IMG/VR virus record: IMGVR_UViG_3300025133_000036
Span: 68,166 to 132,165 of that record
Length of the DNA: 64,000 nt
Source of the DNA: a virus
Direction: 5' to 3' (one strand)
In this document: positions 11,201-20,395 of the stretch, piece after piece
Numbering within the stretch: the stretch's first letter is position 1
Layout of the letters: every line of letters begins with the position of its first letter
Notes under the pieces: generated by a model
What the model was told of the DNA's origin: nothing
What the model saw: only the letters and a program-made list of their open reading frames with translations
The model's database searches: none
Translations under genes and position numbers: made by a program

Positions 11201-11340
11201 CCGGAAAACACTATGAATTAAATTGGCTTGACGGTGAGCATTATAGTAAAACTGGTGTAGCATTTGGATCCGACGAAGTTGATAGAAGTAATGATTCAAA
11301 TATGCAAAAGATATTCGCCTCAGCGACGAAGGTAACATAG
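8233..11340 (+). CDS. baseplate / tail-tube initiator-like structural protein with long N-terminal extension
   Basis: C-terminal IVFRAIL..HTPDWEEQSFIGRP..VYKGVDREISFDFKVYP..PLCKLTLGD is a tube-like baseplate domain; translationally coupled to the tape measure gene. Confidence 0.7.
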   Translation: MALKDFNASKIKSWTYHDTSAKEPQTFDDIHSGTIVTGQRDKIEEQYMEGLKTTQDVSAYDIQSDPPSAQTFQAGTYTVTGIRDLIEAKFLEGNPLTSKNNATTLDDVIGFKPDTGQTYNVGPYTVTGDKTKIETLLDSFEADPLQYVDSLAGYSQVVDQIDSANPQIFTISNSAGEYSITGLHGSIVFDDLDDLKTKSLVIKTLGDKIESATMRSWAAPDVNSAQKGWRQVPIGLRDFGTGELDSTPIKLGGDATFPGFTVYPKTPQWAQSVTENYTDIITTNSFYGRFTGKLSSLALDNPSGGDSVLGNPFTSVDTLFGLSAGFYLGIRGITLGNILGKPQYTKHTTIYGYDESGVTGEAALVEPDEWDGQSDFDRDEMPKMMYLYDKFILGPDTVDDPHVEAYQFKAGHLGFSKDALQGASNFAAAGASFVMNWILSSFDEKYPIIPTRNQVNMKGAGKDYLSQTSTKYFDSSNDKASSDTSKSVPSLATIVLNRDDSPFISQTFLDASGTDPSKLEDADLKNKPLLVTLYKKLILDGSQILGDEYKTLFDKSAHKSMFPNSSVLPQHPQGGTAQGKAYTDSQKYVSQAEKPRTYQGDKATIAGGDNPFLFYSKHSTTNLRYDVDGDTELSSRYDTSEFAKHEVLKGFIATGSLDHTKPMKSKLVDKIENDITSPLGFTDDDSAGKIPIVGRKKLTEKGHALPYDKLGKEKNRKYGEILMSPSEFAAVEELPTEVAGLVKLNENKQLDMTSTEPKFARNEGAKKVYNIGKNGFVKIDPASTQTTSVYDDALGLVKLSGDGDNKYKTDHIDKVNMVAYRNSEDDHSVGTYEDLDFVPLVFQDVYNEKDIVFRAILGAIEDKHTPDWEEQSFIGRPVKSHVYKGVDREISFDFKVYPKTKQEFPVLLEKVNYLSGLAYPNLDQYYRMSGPLCKLTLGDICKRQLGFLSDISVTFPEDSPWEIQKGLRFTKLINVAVTFKYIGGYIPVSTGKHYELNWLDGEHYSKTGVAFGSDEVDRSNDSNMQKIFASATKVT

Positions 11341-11343
11341 ACA

Positions 11344-11649
11344 ATGTTTAATAGATATAATAATGCAAGAATAAAAAGAGATGAAAAAACCCAATCTAGG
11401 TATTTTAAGCCGTCTTTTTACCCGGACATACCTGAAAAAGATACAGATATTTTTCATACTGTTAGACCTGGTGAACGTTTAGATTTATTAGCACATAAAT
11501 ACTATAAAGATGTCGGACTGTGGTGGATCATAAGTAGAGCAAATAGATTAGATCCATCTGATATAGGGTTACGAGCTGCAACTCAACTTAGAATACCTAC
11601 CGATATTGGAGAAGTAATCCGATCTTTTAAATCTATAAACATGGAGTAA
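11344..11649 (+). CDS. LysM-like baseplate wedge protein (gp53 / tail protein X type)
   Basis: HTVRPGERLDLLAHKYYKDVGLWWIISRAN..LRIP. Confidence 0.88.
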   Translation: MFNRYNNARIKRDEKTQSRYFKPSFYPDIPEKDTDIFHTVRPGERLDLLAHKYYKDVGLWWIISRANRLDPSDIGLRAATQLRIPTDIGEVIRSFKSINME

Positions 11650-11653
11650 TTCA

Positions 11654-14599
11654 TTGGGAATATTCAGAAAAAATATAGATCGCAATATTCAGATCGGATT
11701 AAATGCACGAATAAACGCAATGAGTACTTATGGTGAGACGCCCATCATAAATGATCAATTATCTTCTGTTTCAGATCCAGAGTTACAAGCCGCTGAATTT
11801 ACATTAAGTAAAGAGGCCCAAATTGCAAAATCACCATTCGTACGCTTAATCGCTCCAGGTACACAAAATACTCATATCCTATATGGTATGTTTAATACGA
11901 CTATTGAATCTTCTGGTGTAACTAAAGCTGAATTTGGATCTTCTGCGGTAGATGCATTTACTTCTTTACAAGATAATGTTAAAGGCTCTGAACAAGCGTT
12001 TTATAATCTAGATGATGCAACAAATTCTCAATCTGCGGGTTATGAGTTCGGAAGACCAACACCTGGAATAACACAAGTATCTGTTGATTTTATTAAGACA
12101 GGAGGAGCCGTAAGGAAAGCCACGATTAATTGGACAGTATTTGGACTTAGCGATTTAGAAAAATATCATGAAACTTTTTTGTCTTTAGGCAGGTATGTGA
12201 TATTAGATTGGGGTTGGGTTAGGAGCGTTAAAGGATTAGACAATATTCCTTCATTAGTTAAAACTGAAGGTTCGCGAACACAAGTCGATCCTTCTCTATT
12301 TAAAAAGGAAGAAAAAGAGATTGACGGTAAAAAAGTTTCTAATGGCCCTTCAATGTGGCAAAAAATGTTTACTGATTATTATGGCGATTGGTCCGGACTA
12401 GTTGGAGTTATATCAAAATTCGATTGGGAACAAAGAGAAGATGGCGGCTTCAATTGTACTACAGAAGTAATGGCCCAAGGAACTAGCATATTTCAACAAG
12501 ATTTACCTAAAGTAAAAGATAAAGCACTACGTCAAGAAGTTTCGATGGACGTAAAAAGTTTTGACGATTTTATGCTGGATTTTGCAAACGATTTATCCGG
12601 AGCCGTTAGAGATCATGAAGGAAATCCAATGCGACTTGATCCATCTAAAGTACAAGAGACTATGTCCGGTCCCAAATTAAATATTGTAGAACGTATTGCA
12701 AGTCTTGACGTTGAAATAATGGATAAATATTTCGGACACATTATTGCGGAAAGACTTGATCTATTATCTAGAGTTCAGTCTGGAGAATTAACTGCGGGTA
12801 CAGAAGAGTATGAAGGAGACAGTACTTATGAATTACCTGGAGCATTTCTTTCTAACGATAAAAATATTGCAGCAATAATACACCCAACTAATACTACCAT
12901 TCCTGGAGGTTATGTTGAACTGTTCAGTAGTGAAAACGAAGATTCGACTAAACGCGCAGCAGATTTTTCATCTAATATATGGGTCAAATGGGGTTGGTTT
13001 GAAGATAATGTCGTATCGTATTATTGTAGAACTAGATCAAAAGATGGTCCACGTGACATTGAATTTAGATCTATAATGCCAGAAAAATTAAACGGTCCAA
13101 CACACGCAATACCAATATACAATTCACCAGAACTTTGGACATATGATCCATCATTGTTCATACTCCCAGGCCAAACTAATGAAGAGTGGTTTCAGCAAAC
13201 TATACCAAAAGATGAAAACGGAAAAAACGGACCGCCCATAGCGTCTTTATACGAAAAATTAGCAAAAAAAATTAATTCAAATTGTGAACCATTTGGTAAT
13301 GATGCAAAAGATGTCGGATATCTTAGAAATATGTATGTAAACTTAAAACTCATCCAAAATAATTTCACCGCCGGCGCTCAAAGTATTAATAGTGCAATGT
13401 TAAATGTTTGTAGAGCATTAAATTCCGGAATAAAAATTTGGGATTGGGAAACATATTCACAAGACAATTTAACAAATACTTTAGTTACTCAATTCATATA
13501 TGATAAAAATGACCCACCACGAATAACGAAACCGGCAACGGATTCTAGTAGCGATCCACTTCCATCATTTGATGACGACCCTAAAAAAGCTTACATTTTT
13601 GAAAATTACGGTTTTAATTCGATAATAAAAGACGTTACTGTTAAAACAGAAATATCGAGTAAAATGTCCGCAATGATGGGAATAAATAGAGGGAATCCGG
13701 ATAGTGAAACTACTGACGCAATAAAAACAATAATTAGTAAACCGCCTGGAAGTAAAAGTGATGCAGAAGTAGAAGCTGAAGCTTATGCAAACTTTTTTTC
13801 ATCATTTAACCAAACAGATAAAGATACGTTAGCTTCTGGCGTTATTTCTGAAGACGATTCTACTTATGGAAATTCTTCCGTTACCACTTCTTCTCCGGGA
13901 AATTTAAATATATCTGGATTAGATTCGGCAACTACAAAGTGGAATCACAATATAAATCCATTATTGATACGCGCTAATCCAACGTCAAAAGCCAACTTTG
14001 CAGAAATGGCAGAAAAAAAGATGCATGAACAATTAGCTTCACAAGAATCAGAAATAACAACTGCCAGTGGAGATAAAGTAAAAGTAAGTGGCAATGCATT
14101 ACCTACAGTAAAAGGTTCAAGTCAAGATCAAACCATTTTACTCGAATACAGAAAACCCTATGGACTTGATGGAAAAATGAGAGCTCATTTTATACGAACA
14201 TTACAATGGTACCATGAAGATAGTCCAATGACAATGGTTAAAGCTTCTTCATCAGATATATTAATGCCGTTAAGCGTTGATATGACATTGGAGGGCTGCG
14301 GTGGAATTTATCCAGGAAATGTATTTAGACTTGCGTATTTACCGGAAAGATACGGTCAAGTACCCACACCAGGGCAACTTCCTAAAACAGGTTTTGTTAT
14401 AATGGGTGTAAACCATGAAATAACTGATGGCGGTTGGGAGACAAAAATAGATGCTCAAATGTATATGATAAAAAATAATGATCCAAAATCTGGAGAATCA
14501 TCAGGTGAAATAACAAAGCGCGAATTCTATGCAGAGAATAAAAACAAAATTGATGCTGCATTTAAAAAGAATTTCCAAAAGATGATTGATTTAGAATAA
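11654..14599 (+). CDS. baseplate hub-like structural protein
   Basis: PTPGITQVSV..RKATINW..LSLGRYVILDWGW at the N-terminus; C-terminal LSVDMTLEGCGGIYPGNVF..VNHEITDGGWETKI; position in tail module. Confidence 0.7.
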   Translation: MGIFRKNIDRNIQIGLNARINAMSTYGETPIINDQLSSVSDPELQAAEFTLSKEAQIAKSPFVRLIAPGTQNTHILYGMFNTTIESSGVTKAEFGSSAVDAFTSLQDNVKGSEQAFYNLDDATNSQSAGYEFGRPTPGITQVSVDFIKTGGAVRKATINWTVFGLSDLEKYHETFLSLGRYVILDWGWVRSVKGLDNIPSLVKTEGSRTQVDPSLFKKEEKEIDGKKVSNGPSMWQKMFTDYYGDWSGLVGVISKFDWEQREDGGFNCTTEVMAQGTSIFQQDLPKVKDKALRQEVSMDVKSFDDFMLDFANDLSGAVRDHEGNPMRLDPSKVQETMSGPKLNIVERIASLDVEIMDKYFGHIIAERLDLLSRVQSGELTAGTEEYEGDSTYELPGAFLSNDKNIAAIIHPTNTTIPGGYVELFSSENEDSTKRAADFSSNIWVKWGWFEDNVVSYYCRTRSKDGPRDIEFRSIMPEKLNGPTHAIPIYNSPELWTYDPSLFILPGQTNEEWFQQTIPKDENGKNGPPIASLYEKLAKKINSNCEPFGNDAKDVGYLRNMYVNLKLIQNNFTAGAQSINSAMLNVCRALNSGIKIWDWETYSQDNLTNTLVTQFIYDKNDPPRITKPATDSSSDPLPSFDDDPKKAYIFENYGFNSIIKDVTVKTEISSKMSAMMGINRGNPDSETTDAIKTIISKPPGSKSDAEVEAEAYANFFSSFNQTDKDTLASGVISEDDSTYGNSSVTTSSPGNLNISGLDSATTKWNHNINPLLIRANPTSKANFAEMAEKKMHEQLASQESEITTASGDKVKVSGNALPTVKGSSQDQTILLEYRKPYGLDGKMRAHFIRTLQWYHEDSPMTMVKASSSDILMPLSVDMTLEGCGGIYPGNVFRLAYLPERYGQVPTPGQLPKTGFVIMGVNHEITDGGWETKIDAQMYMIKNNDPKSGESSGEITKREFYAENKNKIDAAFKKNFQKMIDLE

Positions 14600-15261
14600 T
14601 GGCAATAGAACGAACAGACGGGCCCTTTTTAACGGGTGATCATGAATTTCACTATATAGATAGTGATTTATGGGTATTACCCGAAACATCATATTTTGTC
14701 CATTATTCAACTAATAAAATAGTAACATATGAATTAGAACAAACAAAAGAACAGATTGTCGCTATGCGCAAAAAACCTTTTGAAGTATATCAAAGGATAA
14801 CTAATCGATTAAGAGATATTTACCCAAAGAAAATTTATCCAACGGTGAAAAAATTACCGTTTGGACAGAAATTTATATCAAGGGTTTTTACACAAAGCAA
14901 GCTAATCCCTGGCGCGGAAATATATGAAACTATCTCTAAAACAAAGACAGCTAGTTATCGATTTGTAAAATTGGAATGGCAAATATCAGGGGCTGCAAGT
15001 CAAGCTGAATTACATAATTTTAATGAATTACAAAAAGCGGAAGCAATAATACCTGGTATATCTGAAGTAATTCCGGTTCTTCAATTGCATAAGACAAAAA
15101 TCAGACGCGAAAAAGATCCTGCAAATTTGATTAAAAAGAACCATCTTTACGCTAATTCAGCTACTGATGAGGTTTTACAAAATTTAACATCCCCTACAAA
15201 AGAACAATCTAGAACGTTTAAAAAGAAACGCAAGAGAAGACGAAAATCTAAAAAGAAATAA
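14599..15261 (+). CDS. hypothetical protein with basic C-terminus
   Basis: Coupled ORF (TAATG), 220 aa. Confidence 0.7.
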   Translation: MAIERTDGPFLTGDHEFHYIDSDLWVLPETSYFVHYSTNKIVTYELEQTKEQIVAMRKKPFEVYQRITNRLRDIYPKKIYPTVKKLPFGQKFISRVFTQSKLIPGAEIYETISKTKTASYRFVKLEWQISGAASQAELHNFNELQKAEAIIPGISEVIPVLQLHKTKIRREKDPANLIKKNHLYANSATDEVLQNLTSPTKEQSRTFKKKRKRRRKSKKK

Positions 15262-15303
15262 AATAAGTCAGATTTTTCTCGAAAAAATTCATATATATTA
15301 AAA

Positions 15304-16599
15304 ATGGTTATAGAATCTCAATCAATGTATGATGACATGTTACGACATATTGCTGGCAAAGAGGTGTATGCAGTTGCGATAAGAGATGATTTTAGAACAC
15401 ATCCGGCCGAATCTATTCCTATTATTTTTTCAATATCTTGTGAAACTAAAATTTATGATATAGTATTTGACCATAGTGAATCAATGTCAAATAATTTAGA
15501 TTTTACGCTATTATCATGTGCAAAACGTTTTTATGTTGAAGACATTAAACAGTTTTACCATCTCACAAAATTTAAAAACATATATGATGTCAAATTAAAT
15601 TGCTGGATAAACGATAAACAATTTAAAGAAATAGAATTACCAAAAGTATTCTCTCATATTTATTCTAATGCACCGGTAAATAGAGAGTCAAATAAAATAG
15701 TTCCACTATTTAAGGTTTTAGAGTATTCGCGTAACAAGCTTGCAAACGTTTTATTTCACTGTAATTCATTAGGCGTTTCTAAGCCGTTTTTAAAATATAA
15801 CGATGCATTAATTCAATTGGCGATCGTGGAATCAAACGGTTTAAGAATTACTCCAGGATCCTATCATACTACTTTTAAAAACGGATATGCATTTAGTAAT
15901 TACAATATACATACTGTAACCGGAAGACCTTCAAATACATTTAATAATATTAATTTTGGTGCACTTAATAAATCTGATGGTACTAGGACCGCATTTATTT
16001 CTCGACATAAAAACGGCATGCTGATTGAAATGGACTATGACGCATACCATTTAAGACTTTTAGCAGACATATTAGATTGGGATTTTCCCAAGCATAAGTC
16101 AGTACATCAATATTTTGCAGATGAAGTTTATCATTGTGAATATAAAGAAGCAAAGAAATTATCATTTCAAATGTTATACGGTCAAATACAAACAACAGCT
16201 GAAAGAAACCCCTTTTTTTACGGTGTAGATAGGCTGTCTCAAGTACTGCTCGATTCTTTTACATCTGATAAATGTCTAAAATCTCATATTTATGGAAAAG
16301 AATTTTGTTTAAAGAATGTTGAAGATCTTAATAGGAGCAAACTATTAAATTATTTTATTCAATCTTTTGAAACTGAAAGAAACTTAAATGTGATAAAATC
16401 TGTCAACAAATTTCTTAAGACTAAGAGAACTAAAATGACATTATATACTTATGATAGTTTTTTGTTTGATTTTGATATTAATGAGGGACTAAATACATTG
16501 AAAGAATTAAAAGCACTATTAGAATCCGGCGGCTACCCTATCAAAGCAAAAGCCGGTCAAACGTATCATGATATGAATGACATTACCGGGAGGTTATAA
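15304..16599 (+). CDS. family A DNA polymerase-like protein
   Basis: TGRPSN, motif A MDYDAYHLRL, motif B AKKLSFQMLYG, motif C YTYDSFLFD. Confidence 0.85.
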   Translation: MVIESQSMYDDMLRHIAGKEVYAVAIRDDFRTHPAESIPIIFSISCETKIYDIVFDHSESMSNNLDFTLLSCAKRFYVEDIKQFYHLTKFKNIYDVKLNCWINDKQFKEIELPKVFSHIYSNAPVNRESNKIVPLFKVLEYSRNKLANVLFHCNSLGVSKPFLKYNDALIQLAIVESNGLRITPGSYHTTFKNGYAFSNYNIHTVTGRPSNTFNNINFGALNKSDGTRTAFISRHKNGMLIEMDYDAYHLRLLADILDWDFPKHKSVHQYFADEVYHCEYKEAKKLSFQMLYGQIQTTAERNPFFYGVDRLSQVLLDSFTSDKCLKSHIYGKEFCLKNVEDLNRSKLLNYFIQSFETERNLNVIKSVNKFLKTKRTKMTLYTYDSFLFDFDINEGLNTLKELKALLESGGYPIKAKAGQTYHDMNDITGRL

Positions 16600-18806
16600 T
16601 GATACCAAAAAAATATAAAACTATGATAGCTGATGCACTAACTAGAGCATCTTATCGTACAAAAAATGGAATGATAGATCTATCAAACGATTTAGATTTA
16701 TTCATAGTTGTTGAAGAATTACGTAAAGAATTTTCGGAAGATATAATTCAAAAAGCGTTATTTATTGAAATTTCTCAAAATGATGATGATTATACAAATA
16801 TTGGCGGTTCTGGTTATGTATTGACAAAAGCTCTCCCAGATGATTGGGACCAAGAAAAAGATGGTATCCCTTCTGATGCTCAACGGTTCACTAAAGGTAA
16901 AGATGGAAAATATAGTTCTTCAGGAAAGGAGAAGAAGGTGAAGGCTACATCACAAGCTTTAAGCCCACAGGATTTTCCAGAAATGGGAGACGAGGGTAAA
17001 CCTGACGTTGATCCAAAACAAGTTGAAAAAGATAAGAAAAAAGCCGAAAAATTAGAAAGAGAAACAGAAGCTAAAAAAGAAGTTGTTAAAACTGAAACGA
17101 GTGGAACACTTGACCAGGTAGCATGGGAAAACGATACAGATCAAGAAGAGTTTCAAACTGCATTTGATAAACTCGTCAATGGTGAAGAGCTCACTGAAGA
17201 AGAACTAGCAATGATAAATAAATATGCAGCCGTAAAAGACAGCGATAGTGAAGCTGCCCTTTATTTGCCAAATCAAACGCCAGGTGATTTTAGACAAGGA
17301 GCAAGGGTTAAAGTAGAATTGGGAGGCAGTGCGGCAGCAAAAAGAGTATTGGCTCAAATGGTTGAAAATGGAATCCAAACTGCAGATCCTGTTACAACAG
17401 CTGAATCAGTACCAGCGAAATTGAAAACAAAAGATGCTACATTAGGTAAAATATCGGGTGGAAAAACAAAATCACATACAATAACAACTGAAAAAGATAA
17501 AGACGGTAGGGTTATTTCTGTAACAGTTGCAGGTAAGGTTATGCGAAGGCAGCTTGAGCCTGATGCTGATGTACTCATTAAAGAAGTTGTTGAAATGATT
17601 GATCAAGGGAAATCTCCCGAAGACGCTGCACGTGAAGCGCAAAAAATCCTTGCTGGAATAAAACGATACAATAATTTAATTGATAAGTACGCATCTGCAG
17701 ATCCTGCAGTAATGGAAACAGTTGAACTCGTCCCAGGCGCGGATGTATCTACACCAGAAGGAAGAAATAGAGTTGCTTCAGAAGGTCCAGGCATAGTAGC
17801 GGATGCATTAGAAAAAATGATAGATGACCCTACTGAAGCTGAACGGAAAGTACTTGATAGGATCAGAAAATTAGGTGATATTGAAGACGCAGAAGAATAT
17901 GAACGTGAAGCCATGGCTATTTTAAAACGTATGGGTGAAATTTCATCTATTAAAAAAGGAGCTCCTGATGTTGCTGAAGCATTAGTATTATGCGCAATGA
18001 ATAAAAAGGGTATACCAACTGTAGCGCCAGCAGGAGAAACTTTTAAGGTTGCAGATTTAATACAATTAGCTGAAGAAGATCTAGATCCTACAGATCCGGA
18101 ATATTTACAAAAATTAGCAGCTGGTGGACCAGTTGTAGTATTTATGACAACTGCTGGTGGATTAAGTGTTAAAAAAGATGGCGGCGCTGCATCAGGGTTT
18201 GAAGCAAAATTAGGAATGACAACGTTTAAGCTTCCTGAAACAAAAAACATGCTAACAGCAATTTTAGACCACCACAATCATGGCATTGCAACTACAAAGA
18301 AGGGTGAAGAGTTATCTCCAACAAGAATAGCGACAGCAAAAAAGAAATTAGATGAAGTTGAAAAATGGGCCAGAGAAAATGATTTAGTTGATGATAACGA
18401 TTTAAAATTTAAAGATGGTAGATCACCGGAAGAATGGGCAACTGATAGCGTTGCGGATTGGCAAGCAAAAGGTACATTACCACCAGATTGTCCAACAAAA
18501 AACGCTAAAGGTGAGTGCCTATCGGACGATAATAAGAAGAATTTGATCGACGGTCTTCACCAATACGCTCGGGGCGGGTTACTAGCTCAAGCAATTCACA
18601 ATAACGATTTAGATTTCCAAGATTATCATAACGCAAACGCAAATACTAGAACTGGTGAAATTGAACTTAGTGATGGAATTGAGTGTTTAAATGATATGCA
18701 ATTTTCTGCTAATCCAGGCTTTAAAATGAAAAAAGATAAAAACGGAAATTTTATAATGCGACCTAACGCTGTTTATGCCGGTAATTTACACAAGCGCTGC
18801 AGATGA
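16599..18806 (+). CDS. large acidic hypothetical protein, possibly with a PD-(D/E)XK-like C-terminal domain
   Basis: 735-aa coupled ORF; E..(P)..D..SVK arrangement (DVAEAL / APAGETFKVADLI / LSVKK). Function is inference only. Confidence 0.6.
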   Translation: MIPKKYKTMIADALTRASYRTKNGMIDLSNDLDLFIVVEELRKEFSEDIIQKALFIEISQNDDDYTNIGGSGYVLTKALPDDWDQEKDGIPSDAQRFTKGKDGKYSSSGKEKKVKATSQALSPQDFPEMGDEGKPDVDPKQVEKDKKKAEKLERETEAKKEVVKTETSGTLDQVAWENDTDQEEFQTAFDKLVNGEELTEEELAMINKYAAVKDSDSEAALYLPNQTPGDFRQGARVKVELGGSAAAKRVLAQMVENGIQTADPVTTAESVPAKLKTKDATLGKISGGKTKSHTITTEKDKDGRVISVTVAGKVMRRQLEPDADVLIKEVVEMIDQGKSPEDAAREAQKILAGIKRYNNLIDKYASADPAVMETVELVPGADVSTPEGRNRVASEGPGIVADALEKMIDDPTEAERKVLDRIRKLGDIEDAEEYEREAMAILKRMGEISSIKKGAPDVAEALVLCAMNKKGIPTVAPAGETFKVADLIQLAEEDLDPTDPEYLQKLAAGGPVVVFMTTAGGLSVKKDGGAASGFEAKLGMTTFKLPETKNMLTAILDHHNHGIATTKKGEELSPTRIATAKKKLDEVEKWARENDLVDDNDLKFKDGRSPEEWATDSVADWQAKGTLPPDCPTKNAKGECLSDDNKKNLIDGLHQYARGGLLAQAIHNNDLDFQDYHNANANTRTGEIELSDGIECLNDMQFSANPGFKMKKDKNGNFIMRPNAVYAGNLHKRCR

Positions 18807-19204
18807 TTAAACTAAAAGGCATATTAATGGAAGATAAGATTGTGGATACCGCCGGTATAATAGTACGTTCAGATGCCGGCATTATTTTATGTAAAGAAAG
18901 AAATAGTGATTATCAATGGGGAATTCCAAAGGGTAAAGTTGACCCAGGTGAAACACCGATACATGCGGCATGCCGTGAGACGCTTGAAGAAGCTTCAATA
19001 TTAGTTAAAGTAAATGGAAGCCATTTAAACACACCGGTCGAGGAAGTTAAAATTGCAAAAAATTCTAGAGGAGGTAAGTTTTTTATCTATGAATGCACTT
19101 TAAAACTATCAATAATACCAAATAAAAGTTTAGAACACGATGAAGTAAAATATTTTAGAAACCTTCCAGAAAATATTGACACACGATTAGAAGGATTATT
19201 ATAA
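18803..19204 (+). CDS. NUDIX hydrolase
   Basis: Nudix box GKVDPGETPIHAACRETLEEA. Confidence 0.92.
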   Translation: MIKLKGILMEDKIVDTAGIIVRSDAGIILCKERNSDYQWGIPKGKVDPGETPIHAACRETLEEASILVKVNGSHLNTPVEEVKIAKNSRGGKFFIYECTLKLSIIPNKSLEHDEVKYFRNLPENIDTRLEGLL

Positions 19205-19593
19205 TGAAAACACAATTACTATGCACTTTTTGCGTAAAACACGAATTTGACACAACTGTTGACCTAATATCTTTAGCTGCAAACGTTGTATTTAATAAAA
19301 TATATGCGTTTGAAAATCTAGACGATCCTCAGCAAATAATTTGTACTTATAATGTAGAAAAATTGGATGACTTTGTTCAAAACAATAAAACAATGGCGAT
19401 CCACCGGAAAAAAGAAACTAATACTTTATATACTATAAATGCTTTAAATGAAGCAATTCGTGAGAATAATGATGGAGTATTAGATAAGTCTTTTTCTTTA
19501 GACTGGTCAATGTATCAAAACAGTTTACTTCTTACGAACGATAAAGGTCTTAACGTTGTAAAAACAAAATTATATAAAATTGTAAACGTCTAG
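19204..19593 (+). CDS. hypothetical phage protein
   Basis: Coupled ORF; QLLCTF..HRKKETNTLYTINALN. Confidence 0.75.
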   Translation: MKTQLLCTFCVKHEFDTTVDLISLAANVVFNKIYAFENLDDPQQIICTYNVEKLDDFVQNNKTMAIHRKKETNTLYTINALNEAIRENNDGVLDKSFSLDWSMYQNSLLLTNDKGLNVVKTKLYKIVNV

Positions 19594-19601
19594 GACCTCC
19601 C

Positions 19602-19835
19602 ATGGAAATTTCAATCGAATATTGTATGCAATGAAATTACGAGCCACGAGCCTTCAGGTTGAGGGACGAACTTGGAATTAAATATCCGAATATTGATGAT
19701 TTTGATATGATACAATCAAAGGGCGGAGTATTCGAAATTAAACAAATAAACTCATCTAGCGATGAAATATTGCTATTTAGTAAAATTGCCACAGGAAGAT
19801 TTCCACATCAAGATGAAATAAAAATAAAGTTATAA
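19602..19835 (+). CDS. SelW/SelT/SelH (Rdx family) selenoprotein with in-frame TGA (Sec) at 19632-19634
   Basis: Reading through the TGA gives MEISIEYCMQ-U-NYEPRAFRLRDEL...GGVFEI...LLFSKIATGRFPHQDEIKIKL (77 aa), with CxxU, GxFEI and FSK..GRFP Rdx motifs; AGGA RBS; SECIS-like hairpin after the TGA. Confidence 0.88.
19651..19665 (+). promoter_or_regulatory. bacterial SECIS-like hairpin
   Basis: CCTTCA-GGT-TGAGGG stem-loop; the G-starting apical loop begins 22 nt after the TGA. Confidence 0.7.
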
Positions 19836-19902
19836 AAAACCTGCTTTTCGCCTTTTAATATTATATATATTTTATTACACTTACAAATGTAATAGTTTTT
19901 TG

Positions 19903-20330
19903 AAAATTTGAATTTTTTGGAAAGTACAGAGGAGTAATTAACTCTGTATGGGATTGGCCGAACAATGAGTGGATGAAGAAGCTCATAAGGCAATCTACCT
20001 TCAGATCTATAGTGGATCGGTATTCGGGCAAAATGCACAATATCTTACGACAGTATTGAGGGCTAATGTACTTCTAGAAAAACTTAAAGAACAGCGATTC
20101 TTTGACCTTGTTGTGGGTAAGGGTAATACCGAAATCCCACCAAGCTGGCTGAATAATCCAAACTTAGAGGGATAAGGCTCCTAACAGAGGTTGTGCTCGC
20201 TCAAATGTAAGGTAACACTTATGAGGAGAATCGACTTAACCGTCGGGGAAAGGGAACAAGGTAGAAAAATCTAAGCTAGAAGTTGTAGTGTAATCGCAAA
20301 TCCTACATCCTACCAAATAATTCAGATTTT
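19903..20330 (+). ncRNA. large (~430 nt) multi-helix structured non-coding RNA, family unassigned
   Basis: Closing helix 19903-19920/20313-20330 (17 of 18 pairs); nested long-range helices 20070-77/20276-83 and 20105-12/20255-62; several local hairpins; promoter-like motif upstream. Confidence 0.75.
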
Positions 20331-20395
20331 GACAATGTAACTGTATATATATTAATGTAAATAAACAATGACAAATAAAAATAGGAGTAAATGTT

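Noticed and set aside
19969-20175. 68-aa ORF (and antisense ORF 19808-20038) in the ORF track
   Set aside because: No RBS or recognisable motifs; lies within the extensively base-paired ncRNA candidate.
19903-20330. tmRNA, RNase P RNA or group I/II intron identity for the structured region
   Set aside because: No tRNA-like ends or tag ORF, no GAGGAAAGUCC motif, does not interrupt a gene, and no intron core was recognised by eye; cmscan is needed to exclude these formally.
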